Positions 1-7,377 of a DNA stretch of 18,023 nt are shown piece by piece. The stretch covers positions 1-18,023 of the forward strand of contig JBHIAT010000065.1 in NCBI GenBank assembly GCA_046758705.1, written 5' to 3'. The notes under the pieces were generated by a model. That model saw nothing but the letters and a program-made list of their open reading frames with translations, was not told where the DNA came from and ran no database searches. The stretch's first letter is position 1. Every line of letters begins with the position of its first letter. The position numbers and the translations under genes were made by a program. This stretch comes from Candidatus Bipolaricaulia bacterium (lineage in GTDB: Bacteria; Bipolaricaulota; Bipolaricaulia; JBHIAT01).

Positions 1-187
1 CTTCAAGCGCACAATTGTAGAGGTTGCGGCACAGGTCAAGGGTACGTTCCAATCTGGCTATAGTACCTTTAGAAGTGGGGTAGGCGCGATATTTGTAGGT
101 TTTACGGATGGTAGTCGATGGGGTAGAATGGTTATTATCGGTCAATACACCGGACTTCAGTCCGCGTGGACTTTCTCCTCTTTCCAT
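1..187 (-). CDS. tnpB: TnpB-like (IS200/IS605 OrfB) RNA-guided nuclease, N-terminal part only; runs off the window; original start displaced by an insertion
   Basis: Manual minus-strand translation: (MERGESPRGLKSGVLTD)NNHSTPSTTIRKTYKYRAYPTSKGTIARLERTLDLCRNLYNCALE. RKTYKYRxYP...LERTLDLCRxLYNxALE is the typical OrfB N-terminal HTH segment. In-frame ATG at 187 and TTG at 145 lie within the inserted element. The RBS-associated ATG at 463 is in the same frame but blocked by TAG at 343-341. RuvC domain not visible. Confidence 0.88.
   Translation of the reverse strand, partial: MERGESPRGLKSGVLTDNNHSTPSTTIRKTYKYRAYPTSKGTIARLERTLDLCRNLYNCALE
101..129 (+). promoter_or_regulatory. Putative antisense promoter within tnpB coding sequence
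   Basis: TTTACG (101-106), 17 bp spacer, TAGAAT (124-129). The -10 box is the complement of the His-Ser-Thr codons (CATTCTA). Confidence 0.5.
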
Positions 188-456
188 GGTATAATGATCA
201 CAGATCTTTGACAACGTATGGGGTTGTTGCCGCAACCCTGAGCAACGTAAAACGTTGTGGGTATAGCCAGGTGCATTTTGCCAGCGTTTTGCTGTTCAGC
301 GAAACAGAAGCTAACAGCCGCGAAGCCTGGCCTAAAGAAACTAAAACGTTGTGTGTGAACTGGCCGGGCGCGGCCAGCGTGGAGGCGTGAACCGCTGCGA
401 GAGCAAGTTCCGCCTGTGAAACGAGAAGCCCCGTACTTTAGTGCGGGGAGCGTCAC
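136..456 (+). mobile_element. Non-autonomous IS200/IS605-family mini-element inserted in the tnpB start
   Basis: Left-end-like hairpin CACCGGA-CTTCAG-TCCGCGTG (148-168). Right end GAAG-CCCCGTACTTTAGTGCGGGG-AGCG-TCAC (425-456). TTAT immediately left (132-135, alternatively 135-138). No credible ORF and no target duplication. Removal rejoins the tnpB frame. Left boundary uncertain by 3-6 nt. Confidence 0.75.
167..195 (+). promoter_or_regulatory. Sigma70-type promoter inside the mini-element, facing the omega-RNA-like region
   Basis: TGGACT (167-172), 17 bp spacer, TATAAT (190-195) with extended -10 TG at 187-188. Confidence 0.7.
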
Positions 457-476
457 TAGCCATGTCGTCACTCCGT
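202..476 (+). ncRNA. Putative TnpB omega-RNA (reRNA) scaffold plus ~20 nt guide from the right flank
   Basis: Downstream of the promoter. Several stems (GGGTTG/CAACCC, CAACGT/ACGTTG, CCAGG/CCTGG, GGCC/GGCC, AGGCG/CGCCT). Ends in the right-end hairpin and TCAC at 453-456, the usual scaffold/guide boundary. Guide would start at 457 (TAGCCATGTCGTCACTCCGT). Confidence 0.62.
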
Positions 477-491
477 TTGACGGCTTGGTTA

Positions 492-533
492 GAGGCCGTG
501 AGCAGATCCAGTCTGCTTACGGCTTCGTTTTTT
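492..533 (+). terminator. Intrinsic terminator for the antisense/omega-RNA transcript
   Basis: 15 bp stem GAGGCCGTGAGCAGA / TCTGCTTACGGCTTC (two G-U pairs), 5 nt loop, then G and T6 (528-533). Confidence 0.8.
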
Positions 534-562
534 ATTCTACTGAATCGCTATCAGAAAGTCAA
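534..562 (-). promoter_or_regulatory. Sigma70-type promoter of tnpB
   Basis: Minus strand TTGACT (562-557), 17 bp spacer, TAGAAT (539-534); leads to GGAG-N7-ATG at 463. Confidence 0.72.
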
Positions 563-605
563 GTCAAGGGCAAGAGGCAAAGGCTTTGCCCTTGGGCTTT
601 CTGGG

Positions 606-647
606 CCCCATAGCTGAAGCAAGGGGTCTTAGAAAGCCAATATCATG
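606..647 (-). mobile_element. Probable left end of the outer tnpB-carrying IS200/IS605 element
   Basis: Minus-strand hairpin CCCCTTGCTTCAGCTATGGGG (626-606) resembles IS608-type subterminal palindromes as I recall them. Candidate TTAT target motif at 651-648. No tnpA between this end and tnpB. Exact boundary uncertain. Confidence 0.6.
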
Positions 648-681
648 ATAAAAAGGCTCAAAAAACAGGGAAGATTTTAAG

Positions 682-2118
682 ATGTCCGTTCAATTAAAGT
701 ATGAGGGCGGTACGATTGCTATTACCGCCCCCCAACATGCTGAATCACTGCCGCTAGCGGTCTCTCTGCAATCCTGGGTGAAATGGGATGCCCGGTCTCA
801 GACGTATCGTGCCCTGGCCTTTCGTTACTATGAGCTTCTCCAGATCCTAAAGAGTGAGAGGATCCCCTTCGAGGATCGGGTTCTCAACCTGCTTCCCTCC
901 CCCTCCCTCGATCCCGATACATTCGCTTCGGATTCAGATTCCCCCCCGGTGATCGAACTGCGAGATTACCAACAAGAGGCGCTGGAGCGCTGGCTCACAG
1001 ACGGGCAGGGTCGAGGAACCGTGGAACTGCCCACCGGCGCGGGCAAGACGATCATCGCCCTGGGAGCCATTGCCCGGCTTAAGTGTGCCACGTTCATCGT
1101 GGTCCCCACGTTAGATTTGGTCGAACAGTGGAAGCGGGTTCTCTCACAATCGGGGTTTGAGCCTATTGGCGAGCTGACCGGGCAAGAAAAGCAACTCGAG
1201 GCGATCACGGTGGCCACCTACGATTCGGCCTACATCCACGCGGATAAGTTCGGCAACCGGTTTCCGCTCATCGTCTTCGACGAAGTCCATCACCTCCCCT
1301 CGCCCGGATATCGTCATATCGCAGAGTTCTTCGCTTCCCCCTATCGACTGGGTTTGACAGCCACCTATGAGCGTGAGGATGACCTGCATGAAGTGCTCTC
1401 GGAGCTCCTAGGGGGAGTGATCTTCGAGGTCCACGTCGAAGAACTGGCGGGGACCCACCTCTCCCGTTATGCCCTGGAGCGAATCTACGTCGATCTTACG
1501 CCGGAGGAACGGGAGGATTATGACAAAGCCCAGGACGTCTTTCAGGGCTACTTAAAGAAGCGCCGCATCAGAATTAGACACCCCCGCGATTTCGAAAAAC
1601 TGGTCTACCGCAGCGGTGGCGATTCCGAGGCCTGGAGAGCCATACGAGCACGCCACCAGGCTGTCCAGATCGCCTTCAACGCGAAGCACAAACTGGATGC
1701 GTTGCGAACCCTTCTGGACACGCACCGGGGGGACCGCATCATCATCTTCACACGCTTCAACGATCTGGTCTATCGCATTTCCCAGGAGTTCTTCATCCCC
1801 TGCATCACGTATAAGACGGGGCGGGAAGAGCGCCGTGAAGTGCTGGAGGGCTTTCGGGATGGAGTGTATCCGGCGATCGCCAGCTCCCAGGTCCTCGATG
1901 AGGGAGTGGATGTGCCTGAGGCTAATGTGGGGATTCTGCTGAGTGGCACCGGCAGCTCTCGGGAGTTCATCCAGCGGTTAGGCCGGCTGCTTCGGCCCCG
2001 GGAAGGAAAACAAGCCATTCTCTATGAGATTGTATCACGCGGGACTGGCGAAGAACAGACGGCCTCCCGCCGCAAGCGGAAACTAAGATCGAAGTCAAAG
2101 TCGAAAAAGGAGTCCTGA
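682..2118 (+). CDS. XPB/Rad25-like superfamily 2 DExH helicase
   Basis: LRDYQ, Walker A LPTGAGKT, DEVHH, LGLTAT, VLDEGVDVP and QRLGRLLRP motifs; N-terminal WDARSQTYRA segment; adjacent to a DUF790 gene. Confidence 0.92.
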   Translation: MSVQLKYEGGTIAITAPQHAESLPLAVSLQSWVKWDARSQTYRALAFRYYELLQILKSERIPFEDRVLNLLPSPSLDPDTFASDSDSPPVIELRDYQQEALERWLTDGQGRGTVELPTGAGKTIIALGAIARLKCATFIVVPTLDLVEQWKRVLSQSGFEPIGELTGQEKQLEAITVATYDSAYIHADKFGNRFPLIVFDEVHHLPSPGYRHIAEFFASPYRLGLTATYEREDDLHEVLSELLGGVIFEVHVEELAGTHLSRYALERIYVDLTPEEREDYDKAQDVFQGYLKKRRIRIRHPRDFEKLVYRSGGDSEAWRAIRARHQAVQIAFNAKHKLDALRTLLDTHRGDRIIIFTRFNDLVYRISQEFFIPCITYKTGREERREVLEGFRDGVYPAIASSQVLDEGVDVPEANVGILLSGTGSSREFIQRLGRLLRPREGKQAILYEIVSRGTGEEQTASRRKRKLRSKSKSKKES

Positions 2119-2125
2119 CCCCCGC

Positions 2126-3754
2126 ATGCTGACCAAGGACCTGCTGGTGGCCCGCCGATATCGAGACAAGATCCACCCGCGCTACGTGGATCCTCACTCG
2201 CCTGAGCAAATGAAACGGGCTGAACGAGTACTCGAGGTCTACCACGAGCACATCGGGGCACCCCGTGAGCGACTGACTCAGCAATTAGAGGACTTAGAAA
2301 CTCACCAGAACTTCAAACTGGCGCGTGGCCTGGCGCAACTGCTGGAGCGCCGTTGCCTCTTCGAGCCCGTTTACGCTGTAGAACCCCGACACTTAAGGCG
2401 ATTCCTCTGCCAGAAGGGCTATGTCACCGGTCCTCAAGAACGGACCACCCGGTTAAAGGAAGCCGCCCGGGCGTTGGAGAGCTCACCCGAAGATCTCGAC
2501 GATTCGTTCTGGGCTGACCGCGAGGAGAAGCAGATACTCCAAGGCTTTCTACCCGCCGGCCCTCTGCCTTTGAGGAAAAGAGAAAGAGGGAGAGGGCCGA
2601 CCGAGACCGAGCTGACGCCCGTAGATCAGCTGAACTTATCCCCTGAGGGTCTCCTGCGACAGTACAATCTCTCCCTGACACAGACGCTCTTGTTCGGCGC
2701 GCTGGATTTGTGGTTCCAGGCCTCAGGCAACTACCAGCAAATCTTCCGGTGGATCAAATACCTGGGCCTGATGTACGAGGCGGTTGAGGAACTGCCCGGT
2801 CAGGTCAAGGTGAGGGTGGATGGACCGGCTTCGATCTTCAAGGAGACAACCAAGTACGGCACCTCCCTGGCCAAGCTGCTCCCGGTCCTCACCCGGGCCG
2901 AAACCTGGCAACTCGTCGTCCACATCAAAGAGAAGGGGACGCGTTACACCTTCAAGTTAGATCACTCCAAGCGCGCCCTGTTCCCACAGCAACTGGACGA
3001 GGTCGGCGAAAAATTTGACAGCGCCGTAGAGCAAAACTTCTATCAGCGCATCCGTGCGGTGATGCGCGAATGGGAGGTAAAGAGAGAGCCGACGATTTTG
3101 AGGGCGGGGCCGCACATCTTCATTCCCGACTTCGGTTTCGAACACCGTGGGCTTCGGTACTATTTAGAGATCGTCGGTTTCTGGACGCCGGAGTACCTGG
3201 AGAAGAAGTTGAACAAGCTGAAGGCAGCTGATGCCGACCTTCTCGTTGCCGTCGACGTCAACCTCAACTGCACCGAAGACGATTGGGAAGAGACTGGCAA
3301 GGAAGTCTTCACCTATGACAAAAAGCTTCCGCTGGAGCCCGTGATCCAAAAACTGCAAGAGCTTGCCAAAGGACAAAAACAAAGGGAACTGAAACAGCTT
3401 CGACAACAAAAGTTCATACCGAAACTGGAAGACGATCTCATTGAGTTAGCGAAGCTGGCCCAGCAGTACGATGTTGGAGTGGAGACCATGAAGGAAGTGC
3501 TCGAGAAATGCCTGGAGAGCGGCCGTATTGAAGGGTATCACCTGATACAGGACACGGTGGTCTCTGATCGCCTGCTTAAGGAACTCGAAGATGAGCTGGA
3601 CGCCCTGCCAGCGGGGAAGGATGGAGGAAGGGATCTCAAGGCGGTACAGGACGTCTTAGAGCGCTATGGTTTGGGCCAGCAGGCATTGGAGCTTGTGGGG
3701 TACAAAGTGGAGTGGGAGAGCTTACTGGAGACGCGCGTTATCCGCATAAGATGA
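2126..3754 (+). CDS. DUF790 family / Bax1-like PD-(D/E)XK endonuclease
   Basis: MLTKDLL start, YNLSLTQTLL, DGPASIF..TTKYG, FDSAVE and REP...FIPDF...YLEIVGFWTPEYLEKKL signatures; 7 bp after the helicase stop. Confidence 0.9.
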   Translation: MLTKDLLVARRYRDKIHPRYVDPHSPEQMKRAERVLEVYHEHIGAPRERLTQQLEDLETHQNFKLARGLAQLLERRCLFEPVYAVEPRHLRRFLCQKGYVTGPQERTTRLKEAARALESSPEDLDDSFWADREEKQILQGFLPAGPLPLRKRERGRGPTETELTPVDQLNLSPEGLLRQYNLSLTQTLLFGALDLWFQASGNYQQIFRWIKYLGLMYEAVEELPGQVKVRVDGPASIFKETTKYGTSLAKLLPVLTRAETWQLVVHIKEKGTRYTFKLDHSKRALFPQQLDEVGEKFDSAVEQNFYQRIRAVMREWEVKREPTILRAGPHIFIPDFGFEHRGLRYYLEIVGFWTPEYLEKKLNKLKAADADLLVAVDVNLNCTEDDWEETGKEVFTYDKKLPLEPVIQKLQELAKGQKQRELKQLRQQKFIPKLEDDLIELAKLAQQYDVGVETMKEVLEKCLESGRIEGYHLIQDTVVSDRLLKELEDELDALPAGKDGGRDLKAVQDVLERYGLGQQALELVGYKVEWESLLETRVIRIR

Positions 3755-3775
3755 GGGGTTAGGAGGCGACCTTCC

Positions 3776-4123
3776 ATGCCCCGTATGGAAAAGATGACGC
3801 TAAAGGCATTTTGGGAGGCCGTGGAGCAACGACTGGCGGCGTGCTCCGCTGAGGAACTCCGTGCCATCTTGCGAACGATGGCAAAGGAGACACCACCCAC
3901 GGAACGTCAAGCGTTCCTCGCCAAACTGAGCTTGGCAGAGGGAACCGCCGCCGCTGTCGTCCAACAGGCGCTCCAACAGGAGGAATTGCTGGCAGACATT
4001 GAGGACCTCGCACACGAACTCAAGGCGGAGATGGAGCGGGCAGACGACCTGGAGATGGTAGACATCAGCGAAGCAGGCGGTCAGCGCCTGATCGAGATCG
4101 GCGATCAGGTTATTGACGGCTAG
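3776..4123 (+). CDS. Hypothetical helical protein, possibly a truncated fragment
   Basis: AGGAGG RBS upstream and protein-like composition; stop overlaps the convergent rpmE stop (CTAG, 4120-4123). Confidence 0.55.
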   Translation: MPRMEKMTLKAFWEAVEQRLAACSAEELRAILRTMAKETPPTERQAFLAKLSLAEGTAAAVVQQALQQEELLADIEDLAHELKAEMERADDLEMVDISEAGGQRLIEIGDQVIDG

Positions 4124-4326
4124 TCCTTGCGCAGTCCGTACTTGCGCTCGAACTTCTCGACCCGTCCTTCGGTATCGACGAACCGTTCCTCACCGGTGTA
4201 GAAGGGATGGCAGCTGGCACAGACATCCACGTGCAGGTTTTCTTTGGTGGAATAGGTCTCATATTCCGTGCCGCAGGCACAACGGATAATGGTCCGTTTC
4301 ATCTCAGGATGGATGTCGGTCTTCAT
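4120..4326 (-). CDS. rpmE: 50S ribosomal protein L31 (zinc-binding form)
   Basis: MKTDIHP...CACG...[12 protein letters not shown]...[19 protein letters not shown]. Confidence 0.98.
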   Translation of the reverse strand: MKTDIHPEMKRTIIRCACGTEYETYSTKENLHVDVCASCHPFYTGEERFVDTEGRVEKFERKYGLRKD

Positions 4327-4351
4327 GGGGTCACCTCTTGGCGTTTTGGCG

Positions 4352-4783
4352 TTAGCGCTTCGAGAACTGCTGACCCTTCCTCGCCTTGTGGCGGCCAGGC
4401 TTTTTGCGTTCTTTCATCCGCGGATCCCGGGTCAACAGGCCCGCTTGCTTGAGCGGGTCACGGAACGTCTCGTTGACGGCCAGCAGAGCACGGGCAATGC
4501 CGAGTTGGGTGGCCTCTAGCTGGCCGGTGAACCCGCCACCCCGGACGTTCGCCTTGACATCATACTGGTTGACCGTCTCGGTCACGGTGAACGGCCGTTT
4601 GAGAACCTGTCCCAATCGTTCCCTGATGAACGGCTCGGCAGCGAAGTACTCCTCGGCCGGCCGACCGTTGATCTGAACCTCTCCCTTTCCCTCTGACAGA
4701 TAGACCCGGGCAACCGATTCCTTGCGCCGCCCGACGGCATGAATCTTGCCGTTCACCTTTTTGGGCAATCTGGTTCCGCTCAC
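4352..4783 (-). CDS. rpsI: 30S ribosomal protein S9
   Basis: [32 protein letters not shown]...QFSKR. Start placed at GTG 4783 behind GGAGGG rather than at 4810. Confidence 0.97.
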   Translation of the reverse strand: MSGTRLPKKVNGKIHAVGRRKESVARVYLSEGKGEVQINGRPAEEYFAAEPFIRERLGQVLKRPFTVTETVNQYDVKANVRGGGFTGQLEATQLGIARALLAVNETFRDPLKQAGLLTRDPRMKERKKPGRHKARKGQQFSKR

Positions 4784-4844
4784 GCGATCTCCCTCCAGGA
4801 ACGATCCCAAAGCCAGTCAAGTCTGGATAGCACTTTGGTGCTTT

Positions 4845-4873
4845 ATGATACTAGGTCCCTCCCCAACTTTCAA
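4845..4873 (-). promoter_or_regulatory. Putative promoter for rpsI-rpmE overlapping the ahcY 3' end
   Basis: Minus strand TTGAAA (4873-4868), 17 bp spacer, TATCAT (4850-4845). Confidence 0.5.
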
Positions 4874-6110
4874 GGTAGCTCTGCTGTGTCTCCGTCAGGC
4901 GATCGATCTCCACCTCCATCGTCTCGAGCTTCAGTCGGGCGACCTGCTCATCGATCTCGATCGGGACAGGGTAGAGGTCGGGCTTGAGGGAAGCTGCCTT
5001 CTTAAGCACGTACTCCGCCACCAATGCCTGGAGGGCGAACGACAGATCCATGACCTCGGTTGGATGGCCGTCGCCAGCAACCAAGTTAACGAGCCGCCCG
5101 CCGGCGAGCAGGTAGAGCCGTCTTCCATCCTTCAATTGGAACGCTTCGACGTGCTCCCGTACCCGCCGGCGGCCGACAGCGAGCGCCTCAAGGTCCGGTT
5201 TGCTGATCTCGACATCGAAGTGCCCAGCGTTGGCGAGGATCGCGCCGTCCTTCATCCGCTCCAGCGCCTCGCGAGTGATCACCGAGACGCTCCCGGTGAC
5301 GGTGACGAACAAGTCTCCAACTGGGGCGGCGTCGACGAGCTTCATCACCCGGAACCCATCCATCAGCGCCTCGATCGCCCGGACTGGATCGACCTCGGTC
5401 ACGATCACGTCAGCTCCCAGGCCGGCGGCGCGCATCGCGACCCCCTTGCCACACCATCCGTAGCCGACAACGACGGCCGTCTTCCCGGCGATCGACAGGT
5501 TCGTCGCCCGCATGATCCCATCCCAGGTCGATTGACCGGTCCCATACCGGTTGTCGAACAGATGCTTCATCATCGCGTCGTTGACGGCGAACATCGGAAA
5601 GCTGAGCCGGCGCTCGTTGACCAGGGCACGCAGTCGGGTGATCCCGGTGGTCGTCTCCTCGGCCCCGCTAACCACCCCGTCGGCGAGCTCGCTACGCGGG
5701 CCGTGAAGCAGCCGTACCAAGTCGGCACCATCGTCGATAATGATCTGTGGTTTCGTATCGAGAACCGCGTTGAGATGAGCTTCGTATTCCTCCGGGGTGG
5801 CACCGTAGCGGGCGTGAACCTCGACCCCGGTCTCGGCGAGCGCCGCGACAACATCGTCCTGGACCGAGAGCGGGTTGCTGCTACTGATCGCGACCTCGGC
5901 CCCACCTCGGTGAAGCACCTGGGCTAAGTAGGCGGTCTTGGCCTCAAGGTGAAGGCACACCCCAATCCGCACCCCGGCGAACGGCCGATCCTCCTGGAAG
6001 CGCCGGTCGATCCGCCGCAGCACGCCCATGTGCTGTTTCACCCAGTCGATCTTCTCCCGTCCCTGTGACACCAGGTCGGGGTCGGGGACATCCGGTTCAC
6101 GCTCAGGCAT
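4851..6110 (-). CDS. ahcY: Adenosylhomocysteinase (SAH hydrolase)
   Basis: [59 protein letters not shown] and GHPTEVMD motifs. Confidence 0.97.
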   Translation of the reverse strand: MPEREPDVPDPDLVSQGREKIDWVKQHMGVLRRIDRRFQEDRPFAGVRIGVCLHLEAKTAYLAQVLHRGGAEVAISSSNPLSVQDDVVAALAETGVEVHARYGATPEEYEAHLNAVLDTKPQIIIDDGADLVRLLHGPRSELADGVVSGAEETTTGITRLRALVNERRLSFPMFAVNDAMMKHLFDNRYGTGQSTWDGIMRATNLSIAGKTAVVVGYGWCGKGVAMRAAGLGADVIVTEVDPVRAIEALMDGFRVMKLVDAAPVGDLFVTVTGSVSVITREALERMKDGAILANAGHFDVEISKPDLEALAVGRRRVREHVEAFQLKDGRRLYLLAGGRLVNLVAGDGHPTEVMDLSFALQALVAEYVLKKAASLKPDLYPVPIEIDEQVARLKLETMEVEIDRLTETQQSYLESWGGT

Positions 6111-7155
6111 AAGACGGACTCAAGTCGATCGCTTCGACGATCTGAAATGTGCCGGTCTCAACTCGCCGGTCGTTCACGAAGAACTCCACCCTCCAGGAGC
6201 CTGGCGGCTGGCCACGAAGCTGGATCGCGTGGGATGCCCATCGCGATCGCCCAATGGTCGTCGGGAAGGATGCAGCCACCCGACCCGTCGGATCGATCCA
6301 GCGGACCTCGAACTCATCGCCCGGCCGCATCCTGGAGAAAAACAGCACCACGACCGCCTGCTCATCCCTCTGAGTGAAGATCTCAGTGCGCCTGACCCCC
6401 TGCAATCCTCCGCCCTTGCGTCGGACATTCTGGAAGATCCCGTATCGGAATTCTCGCGTCACACCGAGACTGATCTGGGATGCGATCTGACTGGCGATCG
6501 ACTGGAGCGCGTCGCTGATCAGCCGGTCGGTGGTTCCCAGAAGGACGAAGGTCTCGAAGATGTTCTCCAGAAGGGTATCTCCCGCCTCGACCTTATCAGA
6601 GTCCCGGGTTCTGCTCAGGGTATCGGCACTGATGATCTGACCCGTCTCGGCGCTCAGCATCTGGAACTGAACCCCTACATTGGCCCTCAGGAGGAAGGCC
6701 GACACCTCCTCTGTGACCACCTCGCCGGCCGCATCCCTGAGCACCTCGCCAGTCTCAGGATCCCTGACCTCTTTGGTGATCGTCGTCTCCACGGTCTGCT
6801 CGCTGACATTGGTGATCACCCCGCTGATCAGCGATTGAATGCCAGTCAGGTTCCCGATCTGTACCGCCGTCCCACTGTCAACCAGTCCGGAGGCGCCGAG
6901 CCGCTGCTCGGCGACGATCGCCTCCAGCCGGCTCCGGGAGAAGACGTCCACCCCCGGCTGGTTGACGAGCCCCACCTCGATCCGACTCGCGATATTGGCG
7001 CCCAGGTCCTGTTCACCCCCGCTGACATCCTCGAACGACAGCACCGCCACCCGCAGCGACTCCGGGGGCAGGACGAGAACGGCATTAGGCGGCGGGAAGG
7101 GGATCAGAGCAACAACCAGGACAATTATTCCGATCAACACAGCTAATGCTACCAT
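6103..7155 (-). CDS. Membrane-anchored/exported CsgG/FlgO-like domain protein with C-terminal beta-sandwich domain
   Basis: N-terminal hydrophobic helix; RVAVLSF...[33 protein letters not shown] pattern; C-terminal VRWIDPTG...[22 protein letters not shown]. Confidence 0.75.
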   Translation of the reverse strand: MVALAVLIGIIVLVVALIPFPPPNAVLVLPPESLRVAVLSFEDVSGGEQDLGANIASRIEVGLVNQPGVDVFSRSRLEAIVAEQRLGASGLVDSGTAVQIGNLTGIQSLISGVITNVSEQTVETTITKEVRDPETGEVLRDAAGEVVTEEVSAFLLRANVGVQFQMLSAETGQIISADTLSRTRDSDKVEAGDTLLENIFETFVLLGTTDRLISDALQSIASQIASQISLGVTREFRYGIFQNVRRKGGGLQGVRRTEIFTQRDEQAVVVLFFSRMRPGDEFEVRWIDPTGRVAASFPTTIGRSRWASHAIQLRGQPPGSWRVEFFVNDRRVETGTFQIVEAIDLSPSYA

Positions 7156-7377
7156 TGGATACCTCCTTTGTTCACATTCACCTTTTCAGACTTCAGATCT
7201 GCCTTTATACTATACCTTCACAGCCCGGTTTCAATCGAACGGGATCTGGCTGATCTGCATCAGCTTCTCCCACCGATGGACGGCATGAATATAGCAGATC
7301 GTTCCCGACTTGGACCGCATCACCAGCGAGTCGGTTCGAGCCCCCCCACTCTTCTCTCCGTTTCCCTGCGTTTCGCT

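Noticed and set aside
136-456. Self-splicing intron (IStron) interpretation of the insert
   Set aside because: The element is antisense to tnpB and I could not identify group I or group II core motifs; DNA-level insertion fits better.
248-472. CRISPR mini-array from TAAAACGTTGTG or CGTCACT repeats
   Set aside because: Only two short copies each, with non-CRISPR lengths and spacing.
157-613. Short ORFs 157..471 (-), 166..390 (+) and 416..613 (+)
   Set aside because: They cross IS-end hairpins, promoters and a terminator and have no recognisable motifs; better explained as non-coding.
4746-7146. Long plus-strand ORFs 4746..5927 and 6028..7146
   Set aside because: Antisense shadows of ahcY and the CsgG-like gene, expected from GC-rich codon bias; no motifs.
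7240-7375. tRNA or riboswitch in the purH downstream gap (GGTTCGAGCCC, small hairpins)
   Set aside because: No cloverleaf or acceptor stem can be built, and no SAH/SAM/ZTP riboswitch consensus was recognised.
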